Shown: piece by piece, positions 17,663 to 29,183 of the stretch | Numbering within the stretch: position 1 is the stretch's first letter | How the letters are laid out: each line of letters begins with the position of its first letter | Assembly (NCBI GenBank): GCA_031364845.1 | Contig: JANLWX010000067.1 | Span: 1-45,258, forward strand | Direction: 5' to 3' | Origin: Candidatus Eiseniibacteriota bacterium | GTDB taxonomy: Bacteria > Eisenbacteria > RBG-16-71-46 | Length of the DNA stretch: 45,258 bases | Made by a program: the position numbers and the translations under genes | The notes under the pieces: generated by a model | Seen by the model: the letters and a program-made list of their open reading frames with translations, nothing else | Told to the model about the DNA's origin: nothing | Database searches by the model: none

Positions 17663-18325
17663 GTGCTCACTTCCATCCGTGCCATCGCGGTTCTTGCCTC
17701 AGGCCAGGGATCCAACTTCGAAGCTCTTGCGGCGGCCGCGGCACGCGGCGAGCTCGGCGCACCGATCGTGATGCTCGCGAGCGATCAGGCTCAATCTCGA
17801 GCCCTCGATCGAGCGCGGCGTCTCGGAATCGAAGCGCTCGCTCTGCCCGCAGGCCGCTTCCGTACGCGGCTCGACGACGAGCACGCATGGGTCGAGGCGC
17901 TGAAGGCGCGCGGCGTCGACTTGGTCGTGCTCGCCGGCTTCATGCGCCGGCTGCATGCGGAGTTTCTCGATGCGTTTCCCGATCGCGTGCTCAACATCCA
18001 TCCCTCGCTGCTGCCCGCGTTCCCGGGCCTCGATGCGGTGGGGCAGGCAATGCGCCATGGCGTTCGTGTCACCGGATGCACCGTCCACATGGTCACCGAC
18101 GAAGTCGACGGCGGCCCGATCCTGGGCCAGGCGGTGGTCGAGTTGCGTGATAGCGACACGAAGGAAACGCTCGAAGCCCGCGTTCACGAAGCCGAGCACC
18201 GCCTCTACCCGGCGATGGTGCGGCGCTTCGTCACGGAGCCGTGGCGGCGCGATGGCCGGCGGGTCGTGTTCGCGTCCGACTCTGCGTCCGGCGCGCGAGC
18301 CTCGGGAGCCTCGATCCATGCATGA
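17663..18325 (+). CDS. purN: Phosphoribosylglycinamide formyltransferase
   Basis: 'IAVLASGQGSNFEAL', 'LAGFMR', 'LNIHPSLLPAFPG', 'GCTVHMV...DGGPI', 'EHRLYP'. Confidence 0.95.
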   Translation: MLTSIRAIAVLASGQGSNFEALAAAAARGELGAPIVMLASDQAQSRALDRARRLGIEALALPAGRFRTRLDDEHAWVEALKARGVDLVVLAGFMRRLHAEFLDAFPDRVLNIHPSLLPAFPGLDAVGQAMRHGVRVTGCTVHMVTDEVDGGPILGQAVVELRDSDTKETLEARVHEAEHRLYPAMVRRFVTEPWRRDGRRVVFASDSASGARASGASIHA

Positions 18326-19093
18326 GCGCTGGCCGCTCGACGCGGTGGTGTTCGATGCCGGCGGCACGCTCGTGCGTCTCGACTTCGAGTGGATGTCCGA
18401 ACTGCTCGAGACGTTCGGAATACATACGTCCGCGACCACGCTGCGACGCGCGGAAGTCGACGGGCGCCGGCGCTACGATGGCAGTCCGTCGTCGCCGGTG
18501 GTCGAAGGCGAGTCGCCGCCGCTCGGTTCGGTCGGTGATACGCGCGCTTACTTCGGAGGGATGCTCGAAGCCGCGGGCGTGCCCGCGGGGGCTATGGGGC
18601 CGATTCTCGATCGCTTCACCGAGCGCCATGCGGACTGCGGGCTGTGGACACGCCCGGTCGAAGGCGCGCGCGGCATGCTCGATCGAATCGCCGCCCTCGG
18701 TGTGCGGCGCGCGGTGGTGTCGAATTCCGACGGCCGCGCAGAGCAGCACCTGATCGATTGCGGCGTGCGCGAAGGGCTCGAGTTCGTCGTCGATTCGCAT
18801 CTCGTGGGTGTCGAGAAGCCGGCCGCGCGCATCTTCGAGATCGCGCTCGAACGGCTCGGCGTGGCGCCGGATCGCGCGCTCTATGTCGGGGACATCGTCT
18901 CGGTCGACGTTCACGGCGCGCGGGCGGCGGGAATGCATGTGGTGCTCATCGATCCGTATGGAAACTACGCGCCGCGCGGGGTGATGCGAGTTCCGCACAT
19001 CGGAGCCCTGCCGGCGTGGATCGCCGATCACTGTGTGGTGCAGCGCGCGGATCGCTTCGCGCGGGAACCGGATCCTCTTGAAGGAGTCGCGAC

Positions 19094-19097
<4 letters not shown>
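18318..19097 (+). CDS. HAD-superfamily (IA) hydrolase
   Basis: 'VVFDAGGTL', 'VVSNSD', 'GVEKP...IF', 'YVGD...DVHGARAAGM'. Confidence 0.9.
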
Positions 19098-19989
<892 letters not shown>

Positions 19990-19993
<4 letters not shown>

Positions 19994-21522
19994 GATCCGC
20001 GTATCCGCGCGTGGCGTTGATGTCGCTGTCCGACAAGACCGGCGCCGTCGAGTTCGCGCGCGCGCTGGTCGCCGGCGGCACGCGCATCATCGCTTCGGGC
20101 GGCACCGCGCGGCATCTCGAAGCCGCCGGCATCGAGGTGGTGGCGGTCGAGGAGTGGACCGGGTTCCCCGAGTTGCTCGGGGGCCGCGTGAAGACGCTGC
20201 ACCCGCACGTCCACGCGCCGATCCTCGCGCGGCGCGGTGAGGCTTCGGACATGACGGCACTCGAGGAACGCGGGCTCGATCCGATCGATCTGGTCGCCGT
20301 CACGCTCTACCCGTTCGAACAGCGCGCCGCGCAACTCGACGAGAACGATGCGATCGAGGAGATCGATATCGGCGGGGTCGCACTGTTGCGCGCGGCGGCC
20401 AAGAACTTCGCGAGCGTGATCGTGCTCAACGATCCGGCGCAGTACGCCCCGGCGCTCGAGGCGCTCGGCCGCGGCGTGACGCTCGATCAGCGCCGCGCGT
20501 GGGCGATCGCCGCGTTCGGGCGCACCGCGCGCTACGACGGCGCGATCGCCGGCGATCTCTCGCGGCGCGCGGGCGATGAGTTGCCGCCCGTGCACATCGT
20601 CGCGCTCGAACGCGCGCGCGGACTGCGTTACGGCGAGAACCCGCATCAGGTCGCGGCCCTCTACGCGCGCGCGGGCGACGGCGAGCGGCTTGCGTCGTGG
20701 CGCGAAGGCAAGGAGCTTTCGTACAACAATCTGCTCGACCTCGAAGCGGCGATGCTGCTGGTTCACCGATTCGAGGCTCCGGCGTGCGTGATCGTGAAGC
20801 ACAACCAGCCGTGCGGTGCGGCGAGCGCCGACACGCTGCTGCTCGCCTACGAAGCGGCGCTGCGCTCGGACGAACTGTCGGCGTTCGGCGGCATCGTCGC
20901 GTTCAACCGCACGCTCGACGCCGAGACCGCGACGCGGCTGGCGAATCAGTTCATCGAGTGCGTCGCGGCGCCCGCGTTCGACGCCGACGCCGAGGAGGCG
21001 CTGCGCCGCAAGAAGAGCCTGCGCGTGGTGACGCTGGCGCCCCAGGACCTTGCGCCCGCCGATGGCTGGACGCTGCGCGCGGCAGGGAAGTGGATGCTGC
21101 TCCAGCGCGACTCCGACGATCGGGCGCCGTTCTGGAAGTGCGTGACCGCGCGCAAGCCGGCACCGCAGCAACTCGAATCGCTCGAGTTCGCATGGGAGGT
21201 CGCGGCCGCGGCGCGCTCCAACGCGATCGCGATCGCACAGGGCACGGCATTGATCGGGCTCGGGTGCGGGCAGACCAGCCGCATCGACGCGGTCGATGTC
21301 GCACTCTTGAAGGCGCGCCGTGCGGGGCACGAACTGTCAGGCGCCGCACTCGCGAGCGATGGATTCTTTCCATTCGCCGACAACATCGAGCATGCGGCGG
21401 CTGCCGGAATCGCGGCGATCGTTCAGCCGGGCGGCTCGGTCCGTGATGCCGAGGTGATCACCGCGTGCGACCGTCACCGGATCGCGATGATGTTCACCGA
21501 TCGCCGCACGTTCCGGCACTGA
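19990..21522 (+). CDS. purH: Bifunctional AICAR transformylase/IMP cyclohydrolase
   Basis: 'GRVKTLHP', 'IDIGG', 'LRYGENPHQ', 'KELSYNN', 'VKHNQPCG', 'ASDGFFPF', 'QPGGS', 'RTFRH'. Confidence 0.96.
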
Positions 21523-21524
21523 CC

Positions 21525-21938
21525 GTGAACGAACCCGAGCGTCACGGATTCGAGTTGCACGAGCTGCCCGACCGCGGCGATGGCCGGGGTGCGGCATTCT
21601 TCTTCGACGCCGGGACGATCGCGTGGCTTGGGCACGTCGCCGAGCTGCACGTGGTTGCGATCGCCCCGGGCAAAGCGCGCGGCAACCACCTGCATCGCGA
21701 GCGCAAGGAGATCGTGTTCGTCCACTACGAGGGCTCGGTCGATGTCGCGTGGCGCGAGCCGGGCGCCGATGAAGCGGGCACCGTCCAGTTCTCAGGGACC
21801 GGCGGCTTCGTCGCGCGCATCGGGCCGGGTACGCTGCACGCGTTCAGGAACTCGGGAACCGGATTCGTCGAAGTCGTCTCGCTCTCCAACGGACGCTTCG
21901 ATCCTTCGGAGACGCACTACGAAACGCTGCTGACCTGA
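21525..21938 (+). CDS. Small cupin (WxcM/FdtA/CapF C-terminal-like)
   Basis: 'DRGDGRG', 'PGKARGNHLHRERKE', 'IGPGTLHAFRNSG'. Confidence 0.75.
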   Translation: MNEPERHGFELHELPDRGDGRGAAFFFDAGTIAWLGHVAELHVVAIAPGKARGNHLHRERKEIVFVHYEGSVDVAWREPGADEAGTVQFSGTGGFVARIGPGTLHAFRNSGTGFVEVVSLSNGRFDPSETHYETLLT

Positions 21939-21954
21939 CGACAGGAGAGACTTC

Positions 21955-23559
21955 GTGACCGAGCTGGCCACGCCCGATTCCACAACGACCCGGACTCCGC
22001 GCGCACCGGGACGGCCGGTGCCGCGCGAAATGGTCCTGATCCTCGACTTCGGCTCGCAGTACACGCAGCTGATCGCGCGCCGCGTGCGCGAGCTGGGCGT
22101 GTACTCGGAAGTCGTTTCCGGGACCACGCCGATCGAAACGATTCGCGCGAAACGCCCGAGCGCGCTGATTCTGTCGGGCTCGCCCGCGAGCGGCTACCGC
22201 GCCGAAGCCCCGCTGCCCGACCCGGCCATCTACCGGCTCGGCAAGCCGCTGCTCGGGATCTGCTACGGCTTTCAGGTGACCGCACAACTGATGGGAGGGA
22301 CCATCGCCCGCGCGGATCGCGCGGAGTACGGACTCGCCACGTTCGTGGTCGACGGTCGTTCGCCGCTGTTCGCCGAGGTGCCGAAGCGGTTTCGCGCGTG
22401 GATGAGCCACGGCGATGAAGTGCAGTCGCTGCCCGAGGACTGGGTGCGGGTCGCGCACACTTCGAACTGCACGTTCGCCGCGGCGCGCCACGAGACGCTG
22501 CCGTTCCATCTCATCCAGTTCCATCCCGAAGTCGTGCACTCGCCGTTCGGCATGCGCGTGCTGCGCAACTTCTTGTTCAAGATCGCGGGGTTGAAGGGCG
22601 GCTGGAGCATGAAGGGTTTCCTGCGCCAGGCGGTGGCCGACATCAAGTCGCAGGTCGGCTCCGAAGGCCACATCCTGTGCGGCCTGTCGGGCGGCGTGGA
22701 CAGCACGGTGGTGGCGACACTGTGCCATCGCGCGATCGGCAAACGCCTGTTCTGCGTGCTGGTCGACCATGGACTGCTGCGCGAAGGCGAAGCGGAGGAA
22801 GTGGCGCTCGAGCTGGGCGTGAAGCGCGGTCTGCACGTGACGGTCGTCGATGCGCGCGCGCGCTTTCTCGAGAAGCTCGCGGGGGTCGAAGATCCCGAAA
22901 CCAAGCGCAAGATCATCGGCAATGAATTCATCGCGGTGTTAGAGGAGGAAGCGAAGAAGCTCGGCGCGATCGAGTTCCTCGCCCAGGGCACGCTCTATCC
23001 CGACGTGATCGAGAGCGCTTCCGCGGGATGGGGAGCGCAGGTGATCAAGACCCACCACAACGTGGGCGGCCTGCCGGAGCGCATGCATCTCAAGCTGGTC
23101 GAGCCGCTGCGATGGCTGTTCAAGGACGAAGTGCGCGAACTCGGCCGCGAAATGGGTTTGCCGCAGCACCTGATCGGCCGCCATCCGTTTCCGGGTCCCG
23201 GCCTCGCGGTGCGGATTCTCGGCGCCGTGAATGCGCCGGATCTCGAAGTGCTGCGCCGCGCCGATGCGATCTTCATCGAGGAGCTGCGGCGCGCGAAATG
23301 GTACGACCGCACCTGGCAGGCGTTCGCCGTGCTGCTGCCGATCCACACGGTCGGCGTCAAAGGTGACGAGCGATCGTATGAAAAGGTGATCGCACTGCGC
23401 GCCGTCGACAGCTCCGACGGCATGACCGCCGACTGGACGCGACTGCCGGCGTCGCTGCTCGGGCGCGTCTCGAGCCGCATCGCGAACGAAGTGCGCGGCG
23501 TGAACCGCGTGGTGTTCGACTGCACCAGCAAGCCGCCCGCGACCATCGAGTGGGAGTGA
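21955..23559 (+). CDS. guaA: GMP synthase (glutamine-hydrolysing)
   Basis: 'ILDFGSQYTQLIARR', 'GICYG', 'QFHPEV', 'SGGVDS', 'IKTHHNVGG', 'KPPATIEWE'. Confidence 0.98.
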   Translation: MTELATPDSTTTRTPRAPGRPVPREMVLILDFGSQYTQLIARRVRELGVYSEVVSGTTPIETIRAKRPSALILSGSPASGYRAEAPLPDPAIYRLGKPLLGICYGFQVTAQLMGGTIARADRAEYGLATFVVDGRSPLFAEVPKRFRAWMSHGDEVQSLPEDWVRVAHTSNCTFAAARHETLPFHLIQFHPEVVHSPFGMRVLRNFLFKIAGLKGGWSMKGFLRQAVADIKSQVGSEGHILCGLSGGVDSTVVATLCHRAIGKRLFCVLVDHGLLREGEAEEVALELGVKRGLHVTVVDARARFLEKLAGVEDPETKRKIIGNEFIAVLEEEAKKLGAIEFLAQGTLYPDVIESASAGWGAQVIKTHHNVGGLPERMHLKLVEPLRWLFKDEVRELGREMGLPQHLIGRHPFPGPGLAVRILGAVNAPDLEVLRRADAIFIEELRRAKWYDRTWQAFAVLLPIHTVGVKGDERSYEKVIALRAVDSSDGMTADWTRLPASLLGRVSSRIANEVRGVNRVVFDCTSKPPATIEWE

Positions 23560-25793
23560 GCGCGGTCCGGGTGCATCGCGCGGTCGCGATCGCGGTGCTC
23601 GCGTTCGCGTGTGCGCCGGGCCCGGCACGCGCTCAGCAGTTGCTCGGTCCGTCGCAGCTCGCGGCCGACGGCGGCGTCGTGTGGCGCGCGGAGCGCATTC
23701 CGGTTTCGGCCGTGGTCGATTCCACGCGCGCGCGGCTCGCGCGTGCCCGATCGATCGTGGACAGTGTTCGCGCGTGGCGGGGTCTGGCGGCCGATTCCGG
23801 ACTGCGCATCTTCGCGCTGCGCCGGCTCGCGCCCGCGCTGCTTTCGTCCGGCGACACGCTCGGCGCGGATTCCGCGTGGGCCGTGGTGATCGCGTCTCGC
23901 AGCATCTGGACCTACGAAGCGTTGCGCGGCCGCGCCGACCTCGCGATGCTGCGCGGCGATCCCGAACGCGCGGAAGATCTGCTCGCGGGTACCAACCGCG
24001 ACGACTGGCCCGATCTCGATCGCGTGTCGTGGCTCGTACGCCGCGCAGAACTGCGGGCGATGCTGGGTGATGTGTCGCAGGCGATCGAGTTTTCGCAGCA
24101 GGCGATCCGCCGCTATCCGTCGCTGCCGCCCGCGACGCGGGCGCTGCGCAATCTCGAGCAATGGATGATGTCGCAGGGCCAACCGCTTGCGCCCGAGGAC
24201 GAACGGGCTGCGGCCGAAGTCGAGTTATTCCGCCCGAATCGTGAGGCTGCGGTGACCCGTCTCACACTCGCGGAGCGCGGTCTTGCGCGCGGTGCACGCG
24301 CGTCTTCGGCATTGCGTCGCGCCGAAATACTGAGGCTCGACGGCCGCCACCACATGGCGGGACTCGCGCTCGATGCCGCGGCGAAGGCGGACTCCGCCGG
24401 ACAACTGACGGCGTCGATTCGGATCGAGCGCGCGCGGGTGCTGCGCGACTCCGGCCATCCGGAGGCGGCGTTCGCCGAGTGGCGGCGCGCGGCGGCGGCA
24501 GCGCGTGACGACGCAACGCGCGAGACCGCATGGTGGGACCTCACGCGCGAAGCGGAAGAGTCCGAGCGCTGGGATCTCGCGCTTGAAGGCGCCGAGCATG
24601 TCGCCGCGTTGAACGGACGGCGCAAGGCCGAGGGCGCGCTGCGCGCCGGCATCCATCGCCTGCACGATCGCGATCTCGATTCGGCGCTGGTCGCGTGGAG
24701 CGGTGTTCCGGGCGACGGGCCCGCGTTCTGGCGCGCCGCGGTGCTGCGGGCCGCGCGATCGCTGCGCGGCAACCCAAACGCGCGCCTCGCGGATTCGCTC
24801 GCACGCGGCGGCGGAGCGGACTCGCTGTTCCGCTCGCTCGCGCGCGCGCCAGGCTACGGTTTCTATCGCATGGCGGCGCGCGAATCGCTCGGCGTGCGCG
24901 GATGGAGCGGCCAGCTTGCGGCGGCGGCGGCACGGCTCGATCATGGCGTGTGGCTCGCGCAGCAGATGAGCGCACTCGGTGCCGTGGACGATGCGCTGCG
25001 AGTGCTCGATCGCTGGGCACTCGGCGACGCGCGGCTCGCGGATCCCGCGCACGGCGTCCTCACACGTGCGACGCCATCCGCGCGCGACACGGCGTCGCGC
25101 GCTTCCGACACCCTCATCGCCGATCCGCGGTGGCGGCAACTGCTCGCCGCATCGAGAACCGCCTTCGGCGCCGGACGCTGGGCGACCGGAATCCGTCACG
25201 CGCGCGCGGCGTTCGATGCCGCGCCCGATTCGGACTCGGTGGCGCGCTGGGGAGTGCTGACCTGGATCCATCCGCCCGCATACGACTCTCTGTTCGCTCC
25301 CGATCACGACTGGAGCGCGCCATGGACGCGGCCGGGATCGCCCGCGCTCACGGACTCCGCGCGGCGCGTGACGCCCGATCGCGCGCTGGTCTATGGCGTG
25401 ACGTGGCAGGAGAGCAAGTTCGATCCGCGGGCGCGATCGCGCAGCAACGCGCTCGGGCTGATGCAGCTCAAGCTCGCGACCGCCGCCGAGCAGGCGCGGG
25501 TGATGAGCCTCGCGCCGCCCGACGAACGCGGCCTGTTCGATCCGGGAGTCAATCTGCGCCTGGGCACCGGCTATCTCGGGCGGCTGATGCGTCGCTTCGG
25601 CGACCGCGCGACGATCGGACTCGCCGCGTACAATGCCGGGGCGACTCCGGCGCGCCGCTGGGCCCGCATGCCCGATCCGGGTGGCGAGGCGCTCGCGTGC
25701 GAGTTGATCGGCTACGGACAGGCGCATGACTACGTGAAAATCATCCTCGGCGTCCGCCAGGCGGTGAGCGAGATGCGGCCGCGGCGCGAGTAG
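23556..25793 (+). CDS. Slt-type lytic transglycosylase with N-terminal helical repeat region
   Basis: Signal peptide; C-terminal 'WQESKF', 'ALGLMQL', 'AAYNAG'; GTGA overlap with guaA. Confidence 0.85.
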   Translation: MSAVRVHRAVAIAVLAFACAPGPARAQQLLGPSQLAADGGVVWRAERIPVSAVVDSTRARLARARSIVDSVRAWRGLAADSGLRIFALRRLAPALLSSGDTLGADSAWAVVIASRSIWTYEALRGRADLAMLRGDPERAEDLLAGTNRDDWPDLDRVSWLVRRAELRAMLGDVSQAIEFSQQAIRRYPSLPPATRALRNLEQWMMSQGQPLAPEDERAAAEVELFRPNREAAVTRLTLAERGLARGARASSALRRAEILRLDGRHHMAGLALDAAAKADSAGQLTASIRIERARVLRDSGHPEAAFAEWRRAAAAARDDATRETAWWDLTREAEESERWDLALEGAEHVAALNGRRKAEGALRAGIHRLHDRDLDSALVAWSGVPGDGPAFWRAAVLRAARSLRGNPNARLADSLARGGGADSLFRSLARAPGYGFYRMAARESLGVRGWSGQLAAAAARLDHGVWLAQQMSALGAVDDALRVLDRWALGDARLADPAHGVLTRATPSARDTASRASDTLIADPRWRQLLAASRTAFGAGRWATGIRHARAAFDAAPDSDSVARWGVLTWIHPPAYDSLFAPDHDWSAPWTRPGSPALTDSARRVTPDRALVYGVTWQESKFDPRARSRSNALGLMQLKLATAAEQARVMSLAPPDERGLFDPGVNLRLGTGYLGRLMRRFGDRATIGLAAYNAGATPARRWARMPDPGGEALACELIGYGQAHDYVKIILGVRQAVSEMRPRRE

Positions 25794-25794
25794 A

Positions 25795-26730
25795 GTGCCG
25801 ATCATGCAAATTCCGGAACCGATCGAGGGCCACACGTTGGACGCACGTTACGAAGAGCTCGCGCGCCGCGAGGCCGACCACTGGGGTGCGGCGGCGCACG
25901 ATCCCGAGAATCCGCAGATCTGGGATGATCCGGAGCTGCAGGAGATCTTCTTCGGCCCCGAGGAGCGGCACTTCGTCGCGCGCGCCGCTTCGATTGGACC
26001 GCGCGTGCTCGAACTCGGCTGCGGGGAAGGAGACCTGGCGTGGGATCTCGCGCATCGCGGACTCGAAGTGACCGCGATCGACCTGAGTCCTGAGCGCATT
26101 CAGACCGCCGCGGCGCGTACGAGCGCGGACGCGCGGACCGCCGCTCCGAAATTCGCGGTCGGCGACTTGAACACGATGGAACTTCCCGTGGGACCGTTCG
26201 ACGGAATCGTCGCACACGATGCGCTGCACCATGTGATCGAGCTCGATACACTGTTCGCGCGCGCCGAGCGCGTGCTGCGTCCGGGGGGCACGCTGCTGGT
26301 GCTCGACTTCGCAGGCATGGGACGCATTGCGCGCATGCTGTCGGCCGCCATGGTCGCGATACTTCCGAGCTACATGCCCTATGCGCGCAAGTGGGGACTG
26401 CGGCGCCGGCTCGGCGCGTTCCTCGCGAGCGAGCGCGCGAAGCGCGCGGCACTCGAGCGCGGAACCGGTGCCGCACTCCACGACGCTTCGCCATTCGAAG
26501 GCATCTCGCAGGAGTCGATCGTGCCCGCGATCGCGCGGCGCTTCGACATCGTCGAGCAGCGTTCGTTCCTGCCGTTCTGGTGGTATCTCGCGCCCAAGCT
26601 CAAGCTCGGGTCACGGCGCCACGCGATCGCGCGCCGTTTCCGCGCGTGGGACGACAGCCTGTTGCGCTCGGGTGTTGCGCGCGGCGCTTACTTCATCGTG
26701 GAAGCGAGGCGCCGTGACGGAGCCGCCTGA
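25795..26730 (+). CDS. Class I SAM-dependent methyltransferase
   Basis: 'VLELGCGEG', 'AIDLS', 'GPFDGI...ALHH', 'VLRPGG'; start 25795 or 25804. Confidence 0.88.
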   Translation: MPIMQIPEPIEGHTLDARYEELARREADHWGAAAHDPENPQIWDDPELQEIFFGPEERHFVARAASIGPRVLELGCGEGDLAWDLAHRGLEVTAIDLSPERIQTAAARTSADARTAAPKFAVGDLNTMELPVGPFDGIVAHDALHHVIELDTLFARAERVLRPGGTLLVLDFAGMGRIARMLSAAMVAILPSYMPYARKWGLRRRLGAFLASERAKRAALERGTGAALHDASPFEGISQESIVPAIARRFDIVEQRSFLPFWWYLAPKLKLGSRRHAIARRFRAWDDSLLRSGVARGAYFIVEARRRDGAA

Positions 26731-27433
26731 CGTTCGCGAATTGCCCGCCGATCCCGTCGTCCCGGCCATCGACGGGGTGACGCCGCCGGGATCCGCCATC
26801 GATTCCGCAGTCACCACGGACCGCGGCAAGATCATGCGAGCCGAACTGCGCCGCAAGGCGATTCACCTCGCGTTCGTGATCGTGCCCATCACGCTCATCC
26901 ATCCGTGGCTGCCGTGGCCCCAGACGCGTGGCGAGTGGACCGTGCTGCTCGTGCTGCTCACCTTGACCGCGGTCTCGCTCGATCTCATCCGCATCCACGA
27001 GCGGCGTATCGGCACGTTCTTCCGGAAGTTCTTCGGGCAGATGATCCGCGACCACGAATCCACGCAGCTGCTGGGCTCGACCTATCTGCTGATCGCGACC
27101 CTGCTCGCGGTCGATCTGTTCCCGCGTCCGATCGCCGCGGCCGCGGTGGGTTTCACGGTGCTCGGCGACGCGCTCGCCGCACTGGTCGGCCGCGCTTCGG
27201 GCCGCACGCGGTTCTTCGGGAAATCCCTGGAAGGCACACTCGGCGGCCTCGTGGCCTGCATGGCGTGGGGCTCGTATCTCGCGGCCGGCGGGCACCTGAG
27301 CTGGGAGGTCGCGATCACCGGCGCGCTGGTCGCAAGTCTGGTCGAACTGTTGCCGATACCTCTTGATGACAACCTGGGGATCACGTTGTTCTCCGGGTAC
27401 GCCATGAAACTCATGATGGGACTGATCGCGTGA
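26714..27433 (+). CDS. CTP-dependent membrane lipid kinase (SEC59/DGK1/VTE5-like, cytidylyltransferase-type fold)
   Basis: 'RKAIHL', 'GDALAALVG', 'KSLEGT', 'LDDNL'; multiple TM helices; start 26714 or 26834. Confidence 0.82.
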   Translation: MTEPPDVRELPADPVVPAIDGVTPPGSAIDSAVTTDRGKIMRAELRRKAIHLAFVIVPITLIHPWLPWPQTRGEWTVLLVLLTLTAVSLDLIRIHERRIGTFFRKFFGQMIRDHESTQLLGSTYLLIATLLAVDLFPRPIAAAAVGFTVLGDALAALVGRASGRTRFFGKSLEGTLGGLVACMAWGSYLAAGGHLSWEVAITGALVASLVELLPIPLDDNLGITLFSGYAMKLMMGLIA

Positions 27434-28356
27434 GCCCGAAACCCGTAGCCCACTCCAATCCCGAATTCGAACCCGCGCTCGAACTGTCGCGCGCCGGCCG
27501 GTTCGCCGACGCCATCCAGAGCGTTGAGCAGGTGCTCGGTCGCGCCGAGACTCCCGACGCGCTCGCGACGTCCGCCGCGCTGACGCTCGCATCGATCGCG
27601 CGCTCCGCGGAGCGTGCGCCGGATCTGGTCGCCGCCGAGCGCGCGATTTCGGGTGCCGTGCGTCTGCGTCCGCAGTTCGCCGATCTTCAGTATCAGCTCG
27701 CATGCGTGCGCATCGCCCGCGGCCAGCGGCTCGAAGCGCGCCGCGCGCTCGAGAAGGCGATCTCCGTCAATCCACGCTACGTCGCCGCGCGGGTCGAACT
27801 CGCGATGCTGGACGCGCGCGACGGCATGATCGGCGAAGCGCTCGGCGCGTTGCGCGAGCTGTCGAACGACATCGCGATCGGAGACCCGCGCGCGTTCTCG
27901 CAAGGGATGAAGCGCCTCGAGCACGCGGAGTGGGACGAAGCGGACACGCTGCTGCGCCGCGCGCTCATGATCGGAGACGCCGGCCTCAACGAACGTCTCG
28001 ATCGGTTTCATGCGCTGATGCGCGCGCAGGAACCGGCGCAGGCGGTGGAAGTGCTGCGTGAAGTGCTGCCGCGCCACGAAGGATATCCCGACCTGCATCA
28101 TCTCCTCGGCACCGCCGAACTGCGGCTCGGCCACGTCGACGATGCGCTCGCCTCGCTCGGCCGCGCGCTCGAATTGAACCCCGAGTTCCACGAGGCGCGG
28201 TTCCACTTCGCGCTCGCGCTCGATGCGGCGGGAATGACGGCGACCGCGATGGATCAGATGAATCTCGTCGTCCTCGGCGATCCCAAACATCGCGGAGCGC
28301 GCGAGTGGATGCGGATGCACACCGCCCGGTATGCGCGGAGTGCAGCGCGCCGCTGA
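27430..28356 (+). CDS. Tetratricopeptide repeat protein
   Basis: 'PQFADLQYQLA', 'AISVNPRYVAAR', 'YPDLHHLLG', 'RALELNPEFHEAR'. Confidence 0.88.
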   Translation: MSPKPVAHSNPEFEPALELSRAGRFADAIQSVEQVLGRAETPDALATSAALTLASIARSAERAPDLVAAERAISGAVRLRPQFADLQYQLACVRIARGQRLEARRALEKAISVNPRYVAARVELAMLDARDGMIGEALGALRELSNDIAIGDPRAFSQGMKRLEHAEWDEADTLLRRALMIGDAGLNERLDRFHALMRAQEPAQAVEVLREVLPRHEGYPDLHHLLGTAELRLGHVDDALASLGRALELNPEFHEARFHFALALDAAGMTATAMDQMNLVVLGDPKHRGAREWMRMHTARYARSAARR

Positions 28357-28454
28357 AGCGCGGACCGGTCAGTCCGCGAGGACGGGGCCGGCTCGGACTC
28401 CAGAGTGAAACTCCGCCCGGCGTCCGTGCCCGGCCGGGCAGAACGGCGGAGACT

Positions 28455-29183
28455 TCAGCGTTCGATCCCCGCTTCCTCGCTACCCGCGCGAATCGTGACC
28501 GCCGCGGTCGGATGCTCGAGGTTCGCCTGGAGCATGTCCGCGCGCTGCCGAAGCGCGGGATCCGCGGGATTCGCGAACTGTGCTTCGCGATGGGCGACGA
28601 ACGTCTCCCATGGGAAACCGTAGACGTGCGCGAGCCGCCCCGTCAATTTCAGGACGATCGCGCGCTCGCGGGGAGTCGGCGCCAGCGCACGCGCGCGATC
28701 GGATTCCATGATCGACTCGCGGATCAATGCGGCCCGCTCGATGGTCGACCGCGTGCGCCCCAGCGTCACGCCGCGTCGCTCGGTCGTCTGAAGCGTGAGG
28801 TTGTAGAGCGCGCTGCCGTAGTTCGAATGGAGCTGCCAGAAGTCCTCCTGCACCCCGCGCATCGCGCGGCGGTAGAGCGGCAGGCTTTGCACGGTGTGCC
28901 CCGAAGTGGCGAGCACCAGCGCGGAATCGTAGGCGGCGCCCGGCGGCATCGCATCGAGCGCATCGGCCGCGGGAGCGATGACCGCCTGCCGGTGTGGACG
29001 CGGCCACATCGCCCACGCGATCACGCCCACGAGCACGACGCCGCACGCGGCGAGGAGCACCGCGGCCGGCATGCGATATCGGCGACGGACCGCGGGACGT
29101 CGCGGAGGCGCACCGGGTGTCGATGATGCCCGTGGCGCGCGCGTGCGCTTCGAACGCTCACGTTCGCGCGAAGCGCCGCTCAC
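28455..29183 (-). CDS. Hypothetical membrane-anchored helical (TPR-like) protein
   Basis: Basic N-terminus, TM 'AVLLAACGVVLVGVIAWAMW', 'WQLHSNYGSALY'; GTGA overlap with the upstream glycosidase-like gene. Confidence 0.65.
   Translation of the reverse strand: MSGASRERERSKRTRAPRASSTPGAPPRRPAVRRRYRMPAAVLLAACGVVLVGVIAWAMWPRPHRQAVIAPAADALDAMPPGAAYDSALVLATSGHTVQSLPLYRRAMRGVQEDFWQLHSNYGSALYNLTLQTTERRGVTLGRTRSTIERAALIRESIMESDRARALAPTPRERAIVLKLTGRLAHVYGFPWETFVAHREAQFANPADPALRQRADMLQANLEHPTAAVTIRAGSEEAGIER

Noticed and set aside
28357..28454. Several GC palindromes between convergent genes (CGCGGAC/GTCCGCG, TGCCCGGCCGGGCA, CTCCGCC/GGCGGAG)
   Set aside because: Consistent with an ordinary terminator region or chance pairing at high GC
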